This document shows, in pieces, positions 1-22,438 of a stretch of 64,000 bases of DNA; within the stretch, counting starts at the first letter, position 1; each line of letters opens with the position of its first letter. Origin of the DNA: Neocallimastix sp. 'constans' (lineage: Eukaryota). Position numbers and translations under genes: made by a program. The stretch is from NCBI GenBank assembly GCA_050613775.1, contig JBODTK010000115.1, positions 62,001 through 126,000 on the forward strand, in the 5' to 3' direction. The notes beneath the pieces were generated by a model. It searched no databases. It worked only from the letters and a program-made list of their open reading frames with translations, and was not told the origin of the DNA.

Positions 1-197
1 AAAGTGTTTAAATATAAAAATATAAGATAAATTAATTGTGTAAAAATTTATTTTATATTTACTTTCTATATTAATTATTTATTGTAGTAATTAATTTTAA
101 TATAAGTTGTAAAATAGTTCTTTCTTAAAAGTTAGAATTTAACTACAACTTTAGAATAACATTATAATATTAATTAATATATTATACTGTTATCAAT

Positions 198-211
198 TGG
201 TGGAGAGTCGG
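198..211 (+). promoter_or_regulatory. Primer-binding site, probably tRNA-Ala 3' end
   Basis: TGGTGGAGA starts 2 nt after the LTR end and is complementary to ...UCUCCACCA, typical of the tRNA-Ala acceptor end. Confidence 0.7.
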
Positions 212-356
212 TCTTCCCAGGGTGCAACTTACAAAATTTTATATTTTGTATTCAAATTTTTGTGAAAAAATCATTTTTTAATTTAGGGAAAATATAACTT
301 CCTAATAATTTATTTTAAAATTCATAATTGTATTGTATGATTATGTTGTAATAACC

Positions 357-1750
357 ATGTTGGATTCAAAGCATATGATTGATATTTTAAGGTGTAATAC
401 TATTCCAAGTGTTTACGCTTTAGTTGATGACCAAATTGCAAAGGTTAAAGTATATAGACAAAACACAGTCAATATAATCTCGGAAAATATATTTAATAAG
501 ATTTCGAAAGGAAAAAAGGTAATAAAACAAAAACATCAATACTTTGTTACAGAAACTGACTTTGTTATGGATTCCAATTCTATGGTTGAGTTAGAGATAA
601 AGTTTAAAAATGCAACTATTAAAGATACCTTTTGGATTGCTTATGATATTGATGATTCTTATGATATTCTAATTAGCTTTTCAGTTTAAAGAAAATACTC
701 CTTATATGTTTCTTATGATGACTCTTTATGTATGAAATTAAAAGATACAAAGGAACATATTACTATATCATTACCTTCAGATATGTATTCTGGAAAAGAA
801 TTTTTAGATTGGTCTAAACTTAAAAGCATTACATATAATAATGAAAATTACGATTAGATCCATGAAAGTATTCAACTTAGTGATAGTAAAGAAACAAAAT
901 TACGTGAAATTGATGATATTAAAGATATTGAAATTCAAAATTTAAAAACCTTATTAAGTCAACTTCAAGCTGATTATAATAAATTGAAAGAGACAAGTAA
1001 TTCAAATATTGAAAAATTAAAGAAAAAATATAACAAACTATATGCTCAAAATCAAAAAGGTAATATCACTATTTATAATCTGAGTAAACAAAATAATCAA
1101 TTAAAAGAAGATTTAAATAATCTTGAAGAATGTAACTATACTTTAAATAATAATTTAAACTTAAGTAATAATGAAATTAACGTACTTAAAAAAAAAACAG
1201 ACAAATGGAAGAACAAAATGAAAAGAAATCTCAAGTAATTTCTTCATTAAACGATAAGATTGATGAATATGATAAATCGAATTATAAATTATTTTGTCAA
1301 ATAAATATTATGCAAAACGAATTACTCCAAGAGAAAGAGAAAAATCAAAACTTAAAAAATATTAATGATGAATTAAAATCAAATATTGAGGAATTAAAAA
1401 GTAAAATGATACATGATGAATTCAGACAACATGATACAAATCTTCAGCTACCATTAAAATCTGATGAATTAAAATTAATTAACGTGGAAAATGCAAGAAA
1501 AATAAATTCAATTTCGGATATGTCTAATCAAATTATGTATACTGATAAAGCACGAAAAGAGAAAATATTTAATAAAAAAATGAAAAAGAACATTGGTTAT
1601 GAATTTTCCAATCTTATGAAAATATACTACGGATCTTTAAAATTAATTGGAAACTATAAAACTACAAGACATTACTTTGAAATATTATTAAAATTTAAAT
1701 ATTTTATATTTCATAATTCTTATTTATTTATTTTAATAAGATTTTTATAA
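357..1750 (+). pseudogene. Disrupted ORF: retropepsin-like N-terminus (catalytic motif lost) plus long coiled coil
   Basis: One frame runs from ATG 357 through in-frame stops at 687 and 855 into ORF 984, then frameshifts at the A-run ~1188-1197 into ORF 1205-1750. Motifs NIIS..F, VELEIKF, TFWI and YDILIS resemble the retropepsin fold. Confidence 0.6.
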
Positions 1751-1868
1751 ATAATTATTATTTTAGAGTTAGATAATTATTAGATAAATTATAAATTTAT
1801 TAAATATTAAAAAATTATTTATTATTTTATTCAGCTATCCCAAAGTGATATCTTAAGGGAGGAAGTCT

Positions 1869-2249
1869 TGATAAAGAATTTTTATAATTTAATAATTTTA
1901 TAATTTAAAATTAATAGAATATACACGTAATCAAACAAAATATAAATTTTACATTTATACTTATTATTTGAAATGGTCTCTTTTTTTGTAAAAGACGGAA
2001 AATATTGTAATAAAAATGTGTTTTTAATAACATATATTAACAGTGGTTAATATATGAAAACTTATAAATTATAAAGTGTTTAAATATAAAAATATAAAAA
2101 TTTATTTTATATTTACTTTCTATATTAATTATTTATTGTAGTAATTAATTTTAATATAAGTTGTAAAATAGTTCTTTCTTAAAAGTTAGAATTTAACTAC
2201 AACTTTAGAATAACATTATAATATTAATTAATATATTATTCTGTTATCA
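1869..2249 (+). repeat. 3' LTR (381 bp)
   Basis: TG...CA termini, preceded by a PPT, and a direct repeat of 1-195. Confidence 0.88.
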
Positions 2250-2804
2250 TATACAAAAAAAGAATATTTATTATTTATTTTGTTATTATTTATTGAATTA
2301 TTAAAAAAACAAGTCATATACAAAAATACGCCACATTACCATTGCGAGATGTACTACATTCCAAAATTCTTTTATTTATTTATATATTTATATTATTCAA
2401 AAATTGTTCTTTAATAAAATAATTAATAAAATTTAAAAATAAGAAATATTAAATTTCATTAAAATAATAATCGAATGTGTTACATTACACAATGTGACAG
2501 TGACTTTTATATTATAGTAATTTGACGCCATAAATTTTTAAACATTTTTTAATGCCATTTTTAAATAAATAAATGAATAAATAAATAAATAATTAAACAA
2601 ATATTTTACTTTTTAAATATTAAAAAAAAAAAATATATTTTATTAAAAATACTTTATAATTAAATGAACTAAATAATTAATACTAATTTATTCAGAACAA
2701 ATAAATAACTATATAATTTTATATATATATATATTCATAAAATTTTTAACAAATTAAATATATTTTTTATTAAAATAATATATAATTAAAATATTTTATT
2801 ATAA

Positions 2805-3899
2805 ATGGAAGAAAGCATTAATATTGAAATAAATGAACCAAATCGAGGAAAGGAACAAATTATTATTACCAAAAAATATAAATTTAATTCTTGACCAAAT
2901 AAAAAAAAAAAAAAAAAAAAAAAAAAAAGATAATTCTTATAGTCATACAAAATATAAAACTTTTAAATAAATGTAAAATTTTCATTATTTTAAACGATAA
3001 GAAGAAAGTTTTAAAATATGAAAATTTATATAATTATTTTGAAAAAGAATTTGATGTATTTATATCAATTTCAAAGCATAAAATTAAAAATGAAATTAGA
3101 ACAAGTTAATATTCCTTTAGGTATAAAACTTAAACGTATATTAAATAAAGTCTCACAATAAATGGGATTTATATGTTTATACATCCTGAATATAATGCAA
3201 TCAAATCCCAAATGACAAGAAATAGAAATATAAATAAACAACTACCTTCTAATGTAACAAAGTTTGATGAAATTCCTGATGAATCAAAATATTATAAAAA
3301 AGTAAAAAATGAGAATTTTATGATATCTAAAAATCCATATTTAATAATCTTTCCCATCATATAAAGCAAAACTATTTATGAAATATAATGAAGATATATT
3401 TACAGATGATACTTTTTATATTTCACCTAAATTTAGTTATCAAGTGTTTAATACAAAAACTTATATTACGAAATTAAATATTTTTTGTACTATTTCTTTT
3501 TCAATATGAAAAAGTAAAGAACAAACTACCTGCGAGATGTTGATTTAAGAAATATAAAAAAATAATAATAATAATAAATATAATAATAATACTACTATTA
3601 CTCCAAAAATTTTTCATTGAGATTTCGAAATAGGCATATCTAATGCAGTAGAAATAATTATTTCCAAATATAAATGTGAAATACTGTATTTAACACTTTA
3701 AAAAAAAAGCATTAGAATTTTTTTTAAAATAAAATGAATTATAATGGAGTAAAATATTAAATAATAATATATATTTTTATTATAAAGTGATTTCGAACTT
3801 ATCTTTTGTAAATCTTGAATATATAATTGATGTTTTTCTTAAAATTCGGTGTTAAACAAATAATAATGTCCTATTGTTTGAAATTTATAGAATATTTTG

Positions 3900-3932
<33 letters not shown>

Positions 3933-4165
3933 TTTTATAAAATTAAAAAAAATTGGAATTATTATAACAATATAAAACATATAACAATCAATGTATCAGA
4001 ATTATTCAATAATTATTTAAATAATTTGGTTTCAAAAGAAAAAACTTCTTTTTATAAATTAATATATGCATTAAAACAAGAAGAATTTTTATCTTATAAT
4101 AATTATATAAGAAAAGGTACAGGAATTTAGAAAAAAAAATATTAAAAAAAAAAAAAAAAAACTGA
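2805..4165 (+). pseudogene. Degenerate Mutator-like (MULE) transposase with FLYWCH-like N-terminus
   Basis: Fragments MEESINIEINEPNRGKEQIII, PEYNAIKSQ, QLPSNVTKFDEIP, FTDDTFYISPKF, H*DFE and WNYYNNIKHIT are colinear with the transposase at 39790-41203, with many stops and frameshifts. Confidence 0.85.
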
Positions 4166-6060
4166 TATAATCATATCCGTCCTTAAAAAGTGGGGTGGTC
4201 TTCGTTAGAGTTCTTCTTAGTGAATAAAGTAGAATCAAATAGTAGTCAAATAGGTTATCCAAGTAGAAAAATAAAACCGGTGGTAGAATCTAAAAGTTTC
4301 AAAGCGATGGTAGAAATTCCAAAAGTCTAGAAGAAGTAGATTAATAGATTTCCGAGAGTTTGAAGGATAGAAACACAAAATTTTATTAACACTTTTTAAT
4401 AATATTTTTATAATTGAATATTTTTTTTTATTTATAATTATGAATCAAAAATTACTGAAATATAAAACAAATTATATAGTATTAGACCAACTAAATATAT
4501 AATCTGTCAAAGTTTAATATGATAAGTTCCTTTAACCTTTTTTTTTTAGTGATAACACAGAAAAAATCAAAAATTATCACGTGAAAATCAGTAAAATAAC
4601 AAAGATAGAAATAATTCCAACGATTCAATTATGAATAATTTACAAGGAACTATAATTAATAAGAAAGTGGACTTTAAAGAGAAGAAATTAAAAATTAATG
4701 ATTAGGAAGGTAATACAAAAAGAGAATTCCATATAATTTTATCCAGATAAGCTAATATGGAATTTTATAAAATTATCAAAGAATTGGTTTAATACCAGAT
4801 GTAATATTACTTTTGGTCAAATCCTTGATATATATCCTAAACTAAGGTCAGACTTTACCAGAATTTTAATTTAAAAAAAAAAATTTTTTTTTGGCAGTTT
4901 TCTTGATACAATGGAACCTTTTATAATTAATGAAGAAGAAAGTGAAAAAAAAAGTTAATTTAAGGAATATAAAATTTCATAGTGATGACTTGGGAATTGT
5001 AGAAGCATCTGTGGACAGTATTCAAGGAAGATTACACATAGATTCTTGAAGTAATTTGAATCTAGTGAGTATTGCTTTAATGAATAGTCTACCAGGTACC
5101 AATGAGCAAGTTAGTATATGTACTGGTAGGATTTATGAAGCGCTATTGATAGCACTATTACGGACGCCATTGTGGTTCGTCTTATGGTTTCAATTATGTA
5201 ATTATACATTTACTTCGGATTTCTGTATTAAAGACCAAAAAGATATATGTTTTGAATTCTTACTGGGATTTAGGTCAATAGCTAATAACTACCTTTTTCA
5301 TTTATCCAATGTTAAGATCGTTGTGTCGCTTTTACTTCTGATGAAAAGTTTGATATCATTGTTTTTATTGCTAAAGACCAAGACATTGATAGGAATACCT
5401 GTTTTATAAAAATTTACTGGACCTAAACAAAAGTATTGATGTTTTAAGAATGCCTATAATGTACAAAAGTATTGATGTTTTAAGAATGCCTATAATGTAC
5501 AAAAGTATTGATATTTTTAGAATGCCTATAATGTACAACGGAAACTCTTATTCAGAAAGTAACTAATTTACTAATAAAATCATTGAGGAACACGCTATAA
5601 AAGAGAAATATGTATTTTCTCTTTTAGAGTACATTCATTCTACTACATTTTATTCTGATTTAGGTCCAAAATTTAGGGATCGCATAAGAAAAATTTTTTA
5701 AAAAAATTATTGATGTAATTGCTACTTCATTTGATAAACTTACTCTTTCTAAATTAAACTCTCATCATACAAAGCTTACTAAGGACGCAAAACCATTAAA
5801 TATCAAATTTTTTAATTTAAATAAAAATAAGTCAGATATGCTTAAAGAAGAATTAACTAAACTTATCAATAAGAGATTAATTGAATATTCTAAATCCTCC
5901 AAGTATTCTGTTGTGTTGGTAACTAAGAAGAATGGGAAATGACGATTGTGCTCCCACTATCGTAAATTAAATGGTATGCCAATGCCAAACTCTTATTTTC
6001 TTCCTATTATGGATGAAATATTTGATAGTTATTCTCTTCCTAATATTGATGAAATATTTA
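4163..6060 (+). mobile_element. Ty3/gypsy remnant (degenerate protease and RT N-terminus)
   Basis: EASVDSIQGRLHIDS*SNLNLV (~5000-5065) is protease-like. EELTKLINKRLIEYSKS, VVLVTKKNGK*RLC, YRKLN and SYFLPIMDEIF (~5847-6025) are the classic gypsy RT start. Boundaries are approximate. Confidence 0.75.
5427..5537. repeat. 36-bp tandem repeat x3
   Basis: ACAAAAGTATTGATGTTTTAAGAATGCCTATAATGT repeated head-to-tail with no spacers. Confidence 0.9.
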
Positions 6061-7009
6061 GTTGACTATTATTCTGTTTGTTAAGTTAATACCAATATAA
6101 TATATTATTTTCAACATTAATAACAAAATTATTAATGTTGAAAATAATCATATATTACTTTCATCTTAACCCTTTTTGACAATTATTAAAATTTTTTAAA
6201 TATATTTTAAAAAAAATTTTTTTCTTTTTTATATTGTTTCAATTATATAATTTTATTAATTTTTTTTTTTTACATTGGAACTCAATATTTTTATTGATGT
6301 TTTAAAATATACCTTTTATTTTTATTTTGTTTTACTGTCATTGTAATTTAATTTTTAATTTTTTTTTTTTATTCTTATTTTTTTTTTTGTTTGTTAGTTT
6401 GTTTGTTAGTTTGTTTGTGTAATTTCAATATTATTATATTTTATATATAATATTTAATAAATATAAATAAAAAAAAAAAAAAAAAATAGAGAAATATAGT
6501 TTTAATGTTTATAATTTTATGTTATATTTTATTAATAATATAATATTATATTATTCTTCGCTTTGTACTTTACTCAACTGGTGAGTTGAGACTCTTAATA
6601 TTTTAAAATCAAGACCACATCTTGAATATTAAAGAGATGAATTAATATGTTTATATGATATACTTTTGTTATACCTTTAAATTATATTAAATTTATCCAC
6701 TACAATAATATAATTATTTATATAATCTAATTTATTTTATTTATTTATAGAAAACTATTGGCAATATCAACTTTATAATATACACTATTTTTATTAATAA
6801 TTTTTATTTCTGACATAATTTATAATTTATGTATAATAAATTTTTTAATTTTTTATTTTAATTTTTAATTTTAATTTTTTTTTTTTTTTTCTTTGCATTT
6901 TCTTTTTAAATTATTAAAATTCATTAATAAATAAACTATTTTTAATTTAGAAATTCAAATTCAATTTAGAAAAAAAAAAAAAATAAAAATAAAAAAAGAT
7001 TAGTAATTT

Positions 7010-7040
<31 letters not shown>

Positions 7041-7325
7041 TTATAAAAAATTATTTAATAAAAGAGATAAAAAGAAATCATATATCATATATATTTATAA
7101 TTTATTATATAGAAAAAATACTGTAAGATACATCAATGTAAATTTTTATTAATTTAATAAAAATTATATATAATAAAAAAGAACAAAAAAGATATTAATA
7201 CTTTATATATATATATATATATATAAATTATATATATTTAAATAATATTATTAATACTAATATCAATGGCAATTTTTTTATTTTTACCATATATATACCC
7301 TTAATAAATTAAAAAAAAAAAAAAA

Positions 7326-13036
<5,711 letters not shown>

Positions 13037-13041
13037 AGGAG

Positions 13042-13075
<34 letters not shown>

Positions 13076-13469
13076 ATAAAATAAAGTAAAAATAAAAATA
13101 AAACTTTCAACAACAAAAACAAAAGAAAAAAAAAAAAATTGTTAGTAATCATTAGAGGTTTATATAAAAATCTTTTATAAATCGTTATATAACCTTTACC
13201 TTTTAAATAAATAAATAAATAAATGAAATAAATAATATCTAAAATATAATAATATAATTTAATTAAAAATAAAAATAAATGATTAAAAAAAAAAAAAAAA
13301 AAAAAGATAAATTTATAAAAGATAAAAAAAAAAAAAAATAAAAAAAACGTAGTAATAGTAAATTTTTAAATTAATTCCTATGAATGAATAATTTTAAAAA
13401 AAAAAAAAATAAATAAATAAATAAATAAATATATATACATTTTTTCATAGAACATTTATATCATGGAAT

Positions 13470-13502
<33 letters not shown>

Positions 13503-14260
13503 TTTATTTTATTTTTCATTTTTTATTTTATTTTATATATATAATGTTATACACCTATAATATAAAAAATTTTTTTGGAAGGAACATTTTGTTTTATTTT
13601 TTTATTTTTTTTTTATTTTTTATTTTTTTTTTTTTTTTTTTTTTTTTTTATTTTTTTTTTTATATTTTTTATTTATATAAATAATTAATTCTTATATATA
13701 TTTTATATATTTAATATATATATACCTTTTTTTTTTTTTTTCTTTTTTTTATTATGATTTTAAATTAATTTTATATTCATTTTTTTATATATATAATTTT
13801 TTATATTTATATTTATTTTAATTTTTATATTTTATTTATTTTAAATATATTATATGTTATTAATAATAATTTTTTTTTTTTTATTCTTTTTATATTTTTA
13901 ATTTTTATATATATCTTTTTTTTTTTTATTTTCATTTTCTTTTTCTTTTTCTTTTTTTTTTTTTTTTAATATTGAATATTGAAATAAAAAAAAAAAAAAA
14001 AAAAAAAAAAAATAATTATTGATTTTTATTTGTATATAATATTATTTTAAGTATATAATGCTAATTTTTTTTTTTTAAAAAAAAAAAAAAGTTTATGCTG
14101 TACATATATTTTTAAGGATAATGGAATTTAGTTGTTAAATTACTAAGGATATTTATTTTTTAAAAAATGAGTAAAAAAAAAATATATATATATTTTTTCT
14201 TCTTCTAACTTTTGGTTTTTAATTTAATTTAATTTGTTTTACTTTAATCCTTCATTCAAC

Positions 14261-16263
<2,003 letters not shown>

Positions 16264-17428
16264 GTTGTATATTTATATAATAATATATTAAATAATTGGT
16301 TTGACTGCAAATAGATATTTTTAATTAATATTTATATATATTTTCCATTTTTAAAATTAAATAAGTGAAATTCCATAATTGAATAATTCCATTTAATATT
16401 TTAATGATTATAATTTATTCCCATATTTTTTTTTTTAAATAATGATGTATTATTAATAATGTTTTTATTAGTATTTTCGTTTTTTCATTAGAGTAGATTT
16501 TAAATAAAAATAATATGAATATAAATAAATTTATATATATAAATTATTTTAAAAAAAAAAATAAAAATAAATAATTAGTAATTATATTTTATTGATAGAA
16601 ATAAATAAATAAACAATATTAATATTAATATACAAGGTTAATATATTTATTATTATTAAAGAATTTTATACATATATAAAGTAAAATTATATAAATAAAA
16701 TGAGATATTGTAAATTTCTCAAAAATACATTCAGATTTGTTTATTTATAATGAAATATATCATAATCATTATATATTGATATATTGATATATTGATATAC
16801 TGATATATTGATATTTATATTTTCCTACTAGGCTCTTTTTTATTAATGTTTATTTTTATACAATAAAGAATAAAAATATAATTTTTATTATATAAATAAA
16901 CAATTATTATTTATTATTTTTTTTTTCTTTAAAATTGAAAATACTATATATTCTAATTTTATTTTGTTATCAAACATCAATTGTTTTTCCCTTCTAATTC
17001 CATAATCAATAATCCATTGTGTATATAATTATTTTTAGTTTATATATATATATATTATTTAATTTTCATTTTATTTATATTAAAGATATTTTTGAATTTA
17101 TATAATATGTGATATTTATATTCTCTTTTATTACTTTAATAATTTTTATATATTGATATAGATATCTTTTGTCTTTATATAACTTTATTAATATTAATCT
17201 AATGATTAATATTAATAATAAAATTCTTTAATCTTTTTTTTTTTTTTTTTTTGTTCCAGTATTGAAAATAAAAAAAAAAATAATTATTCTAAATTTTTAT
17301 GGAAATTAATTCCATGAAACAAAAAAAAAATAATAAATTTTAATTTATATAATAAAAAGAAAGATTGCTAAAAAAAATACATACTTCTTATTATTTTTCT
17401 TTTCAAATATTATAAATTTAATTTATAA

Positions 17429-17459
<31 letters not shown>

Positions 17460-18239
17460 CCTTTATTTTAAATAATTTAATTTAAATTAAACTTTTTTTT
17501 TAAAAGTTTCTTTATTTTTTTATATTATAATATTTAATATATTTAATAAATAATTAATATATATTATTTATTATTTAATTAATAATAATTATGTCTTTAA
17601 ATAAAATAAAAAATTTTTCAAATCATATCATTTATATCATATCATGAACATTAATAATGAGCATTAATAATTAGATATTAGATAATAAATAATATTAATT
17701 GCACAATCATCCTTCATATAAAATAATTAAATAATAAATAAATAAATAAATATTTAATTAAAGAAATTAATATAATTAAATATATAATTAAATATATATA
17801 ATTAAATGAATGAATGAATGTATAAATAAATAAATAATGTATTATATATTTATATTCTTTTTTACTATTAAATTATATCTGTTTAATCTTTATATAGTAT
17901 ATTCTATTTAGTTAACTTAAATAGTCATTTTTTAAATTTCACTATTTAAATTTGATTAAATAATAAATAATAATAAAAACAATCATTTTTATATTTATTT
18001 ATATAACAAATAATATTAAGACCACCTGTTTTGTTATATTTTTTATTTCCAATATTCAGAAGAAGATAATCACAAAATTAAAATTATAGATAACATTACT
18101 ATTAGATAGTTAATATTCTATTGATAATAAAATAAAATTGTTTAATATTAATTATTAATTAATTATTAATTAATATTTTAACATAATAAATAATTAATAT
18201 TAAATTGATAGTAACAATAATTATAAGATTATTTATATT

Positions 18240-19740
18240 GAACTACCGTTGATTTATTCCATTTACATTATAATCGGTTATATGATTCATTTATTATTTA
18301 ATTATTTATTATTAATCAATACTCTTTTTATTATTTATTATTTATTATTTATTAATAAATACAATTATTATTCCATTATTTATTATTTATTATTTATTAA
18401 TAAATACTCTTTTTATTATTTATTATTTATTTATTATTTATTAATAAATACTCTTTTTATTATTTATTATTTATTATTTATTAATAAATACTCTTTTTAT
18501 TATTTATTATTTATTATTTATTAATAAATACTCTTTTTATTATTTATTATTTATTAATAAATACTCTTTTATTTATTTATTATTTATTATTTATTAATAA
18601 ATACTCTTTTTATTATTTAATTATTATTTATTAATAAATACTCTTTTTATTATTTATTTATTTATTATTTATTATTTATTACTTTATTATTTATTATTTA
18701 TTATTTATTAATAAATACTCTTTTTATTATTTATTTATTTATTATTTATTATTTATTACTTTATTATTTATTATTTATTATTTATTAATAAATACTCTTT
18801 TTATTATTTATTATTATTTATTAATAAATACTCTTTTTATTATTTATTTATTTATTATTTATTATTTATTACTTTATTATTTATTATTTATTATTTATTA
18901 ATAAATACTCTTTTTATTATTTATTTATTTATTATTTATTATTTATTACTTTATTATTTATTATTTATTATTTATTAATAAATACTCTTTTTATTATTTA
19001 TTTATTTATTATTACTATTTATTATTCAATTATTAATTATTTATTATTCTATTATTTGTTAATAAATAATATATAATATATAATTAAAAGAGTATTTATT
19101 ATTTATTAATGAATAATAACCTTTTAGTTATATATTATTTAATTAATTAACATTGATTAAAAGTGTAATTATTTCATTGAAAAATTGCAAAAATAAAATA
19201 TTAGAAAAAGATTTGTTGTAGTATATTGATAATATATAAAAAATAGGCATTAAACAAAATGTTAGCTTCTATCAATATCAATTCTGATAATAAAAGTTAG
19301 CAATGGGAGGACCAATAAATATAATAATAATAATAAAAGAGTATTTATTAATAAATAATAAATAATAAATAATAAATAATTGAATAATAAATAATTGAAT
19401 AATAAATAATAGAAAGAGTATTTATTAATAAATAATAAATAATAAATAATTGAATAATAAATAATAAATAATTGAATAATAAATAATAGAAAGAGTATTT
19501 ATTAATAAATAATAAATAATAAATAATTGAATAATAAATAATAAATAATTGAATAATAAATAATAAATAGTAAATAATAAATAATTAAATAATGGAATAA
19601 TAAATAAATAATAAATAATAAATAATAAATAATAAATAATAAATAGTAAATAATAAATAATTAAATAATAAATAATTAAATAATAATTAATAATAAATTG
19701 AATAATAAACTAATCTAAATAAATATAAATGGTAGATAAT
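18240..19740. repeat. Foldback-like structure: inverted arms built of tandem units
   Basis: Left arm (~18310-19020) repeats ATTAATAAATACTCTTTTTATT. Right arm (~19330-19700) repeats its reverse complement AAAGAGTATTTATTAATAAAT. Confidence 0.6.
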
Positions 19741-22265
19741 TAAATAATTATTTAAATATGTTTTATATCCATTTTTTTATCATTATTTAAATTAATAATA
19801 TATAATTTAATTTAAAGCAATATATTCCATTATATTGATTTATTAATAAAAACTTTAAAATTAAAATTAGAGCTATTCTTTTTCTTTTTGGATATGGTAA
19901 AAAAATAAATTGACAATATAATTATTATATATTGCAATATATTCATTAATATATATATTAAAATTTTAAAAAAAGGTGATCTATTTCAATTTCAATAGAA
20001 TTATGAATATATTGTAATATATTTTAATATATATTTATTATTTTATATTTATTTTTAATTAAAAAATCAATATATTGTAATTGATTATAATATATATGAA
20101 TTGAAAGTATAAAAAGTTTAAATCTTTGAATTTTCATAAAAGAAGACTTTATCTCTGTATATTGAGGGAAATTAAAAAAAAAGAAAAAAAATAAAAGAAC
20201 AAAAAAAAAAAAAAAAAAGAAAGTGATATTTATATATATATATATAAAAAAACTAACATATAAATAATGAAAATTAACTTTTTATAATAAAAAGTTTTTA
20301 TTAATAACATTTTAAAATAAAATAAGGAAAAAGAAGACTTTACTTAAAAAGTTTGAAAATTCATAAAAAAAATAAAAATAAAAAATTACATATTAAATCA
20401 CTATAAATTGATTGACTATAAAACTTTTGATAAAATAATAATTTATTATAAAATATATAAAATATATATATTGATATAATTTTATTTTATTCTCAAATAA
20501 AATAAAATTTATTGAAAAAACTATTTATAAATCTTTATATAAAATAATATTATAAAATAAAATAAAATAAAATAAAATAATAATAAATTGAAAAAAAATT
20601 ATTAAAATTTTATGTTATTTTATGTTCTTTATATTTATATAAAAGGATATAATGAGAGAATTAGTAATATTTAAAATATTATGGAGTTATTGAATAGAAA
20701 ATAAAATAAAAATTAAATATATAAATATATTTCTATATTTAACCAATTTATTAATTAAAATTTTACAGAAAAAATTTTTTTTTTTTTTAATTTTTATATA
20801 TAATTAAAATGTGGATAAATTTTTAATTTAAAAAAAAAAAATTCTATATTTAGATAATAAAATTAAATGTAAAAATAAAAGGAATGAAATTTAAATTTTT
20901 TTAAAATAAAATACAATCAATAATTTTACACTAAAAGAGTGGTTTTTTTGTTTTTTGATTTTTTTTATAATTGTTTTATAATTAATAACTGACATAAAAA
21001 TTTTTTTTCTTTAGTTAAATAGCCTTTAGAAATTATTTTGTATCATATAAAACTAATTAAATGATCCTCAATAAATTATATATAAAAAAAAATTTATTTT
21101 TTACTTTTTTTCTTTATAATATAAAGTTTATAAAGTTTTTCCTTAATTAAAATGAAAACTTTCAATAATAATACAAAATTTAGATTATAGAAATACTGCT
21201 ATGTATAATAAAATTTATTCATTAAAAATGAACAATATAATTCTATCTACTTTAAAATATTCATTAAATAAAACAACAAAATAGTATTATATATTTATTT
21301 TAATTATTTTAATTATTAGAAAATATAGTATTATATCATAATTTAATTTTTATCATAAAGTTTGTATCTTTCATTATTATTAAAAAAAAATATATAGGTG
21401 TAAAATATATTGGTGTAAAAAAAAATTTTTTTTTTAAATTGAAATATATTAAAATTAAATATATTCACTATTAGATTGATAATGATTCATGTATTTTAAT
21501 TTTTTTTTTTTTTTTTTTTTTTTTTTATGATATTATTAATTGAAATATTTATAAATAATATGATCTTTTTGTTTTTTTAATTTTATTTTTATTTGTAATA
21601 TTATTTTTTTTATTTTTATTTTAATAATAGTTTTAATAATAGCATATTTAAATAATTTTTTCATAAATGAAAAAAAAAAAAGGAAAAAAAGGAAAATAAA
21701 TATTTATATATATATATTGATAATATATCTATTTTATATCAATTTTATATTAATTTATAAAAGATATATAAAAAGAATACATAATAAAAAAAAAAAAAAA
21801 AAAAAAAAAAAAACAGTGAAATTAATTTTAATATTAAATATTTCATTAAATATAAAACAATAATTAATAAATAAATAATTAAATAAAAGTATTCAATCTT
21901 TATTATTTAATATTATTATTATAATATAGTATATGTATATTTATATATAGAATATGTATTGAAAATAAATAATAATAATAGTAATATACATATGTAAAAT
22001 AGAATTTTTAACATCTTTTATTAATATATAAAAAATGTTATGAAATAGTAATTATTTAATATTATGTAATATATGTAATATATACTTTCATATATAAATA
22101 GTAAAGAAAGGAATTAAAGAATAATAAATAATTAAAATTAAATAAATAATTAAATAAAATTTAAGTTAAAAAAAAAAAAGTTGATATAATTAAATAAATA
22201 TATAAAAAATTTAAAGATATAATAAAATATTAAATATTAACATAAAAATAAATTAAAAAATAAAA

Positions 22266-22312
<47 letters not shown>

Positions 22313-22391
22313 TGAAAAATATAATATAAATATATATATTTTTTATTTTTGTTTTAACTTATATAATTTATTAAATATAATTTTACTTTCA

Positions 22392-22422
<31 letters not shown>

Positions 22423-22438
22423 TAGAAGGAGTATTACC

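Larger units (their letters stand above)
1..2249 (+). mobile_element. Short non-autonomous LTR retroelement (5' LTR truncated by window start)
   Basis: 1-195 is repeated at ~2073-2249. The 3' LTR 1869-2249 has inverted termini TGATAA...TTATCA. PBS TGGTGGAGAGTCGG lies at 198-211 just after the 5' LTR, and purine tract AAGGGAGGAAG at 1855-1865 lies just before the 3' LTR. The ~1.67 kb interior has no RT or IN. Confidence 0.88.

Noticed and set aside
5427..5537. 36-bp repeats resembling a CRISPR repeat in length
   Set aside because: Head-to-tail with no spacers, no cas genes, and located in a eukaryotic retroelement remnant.
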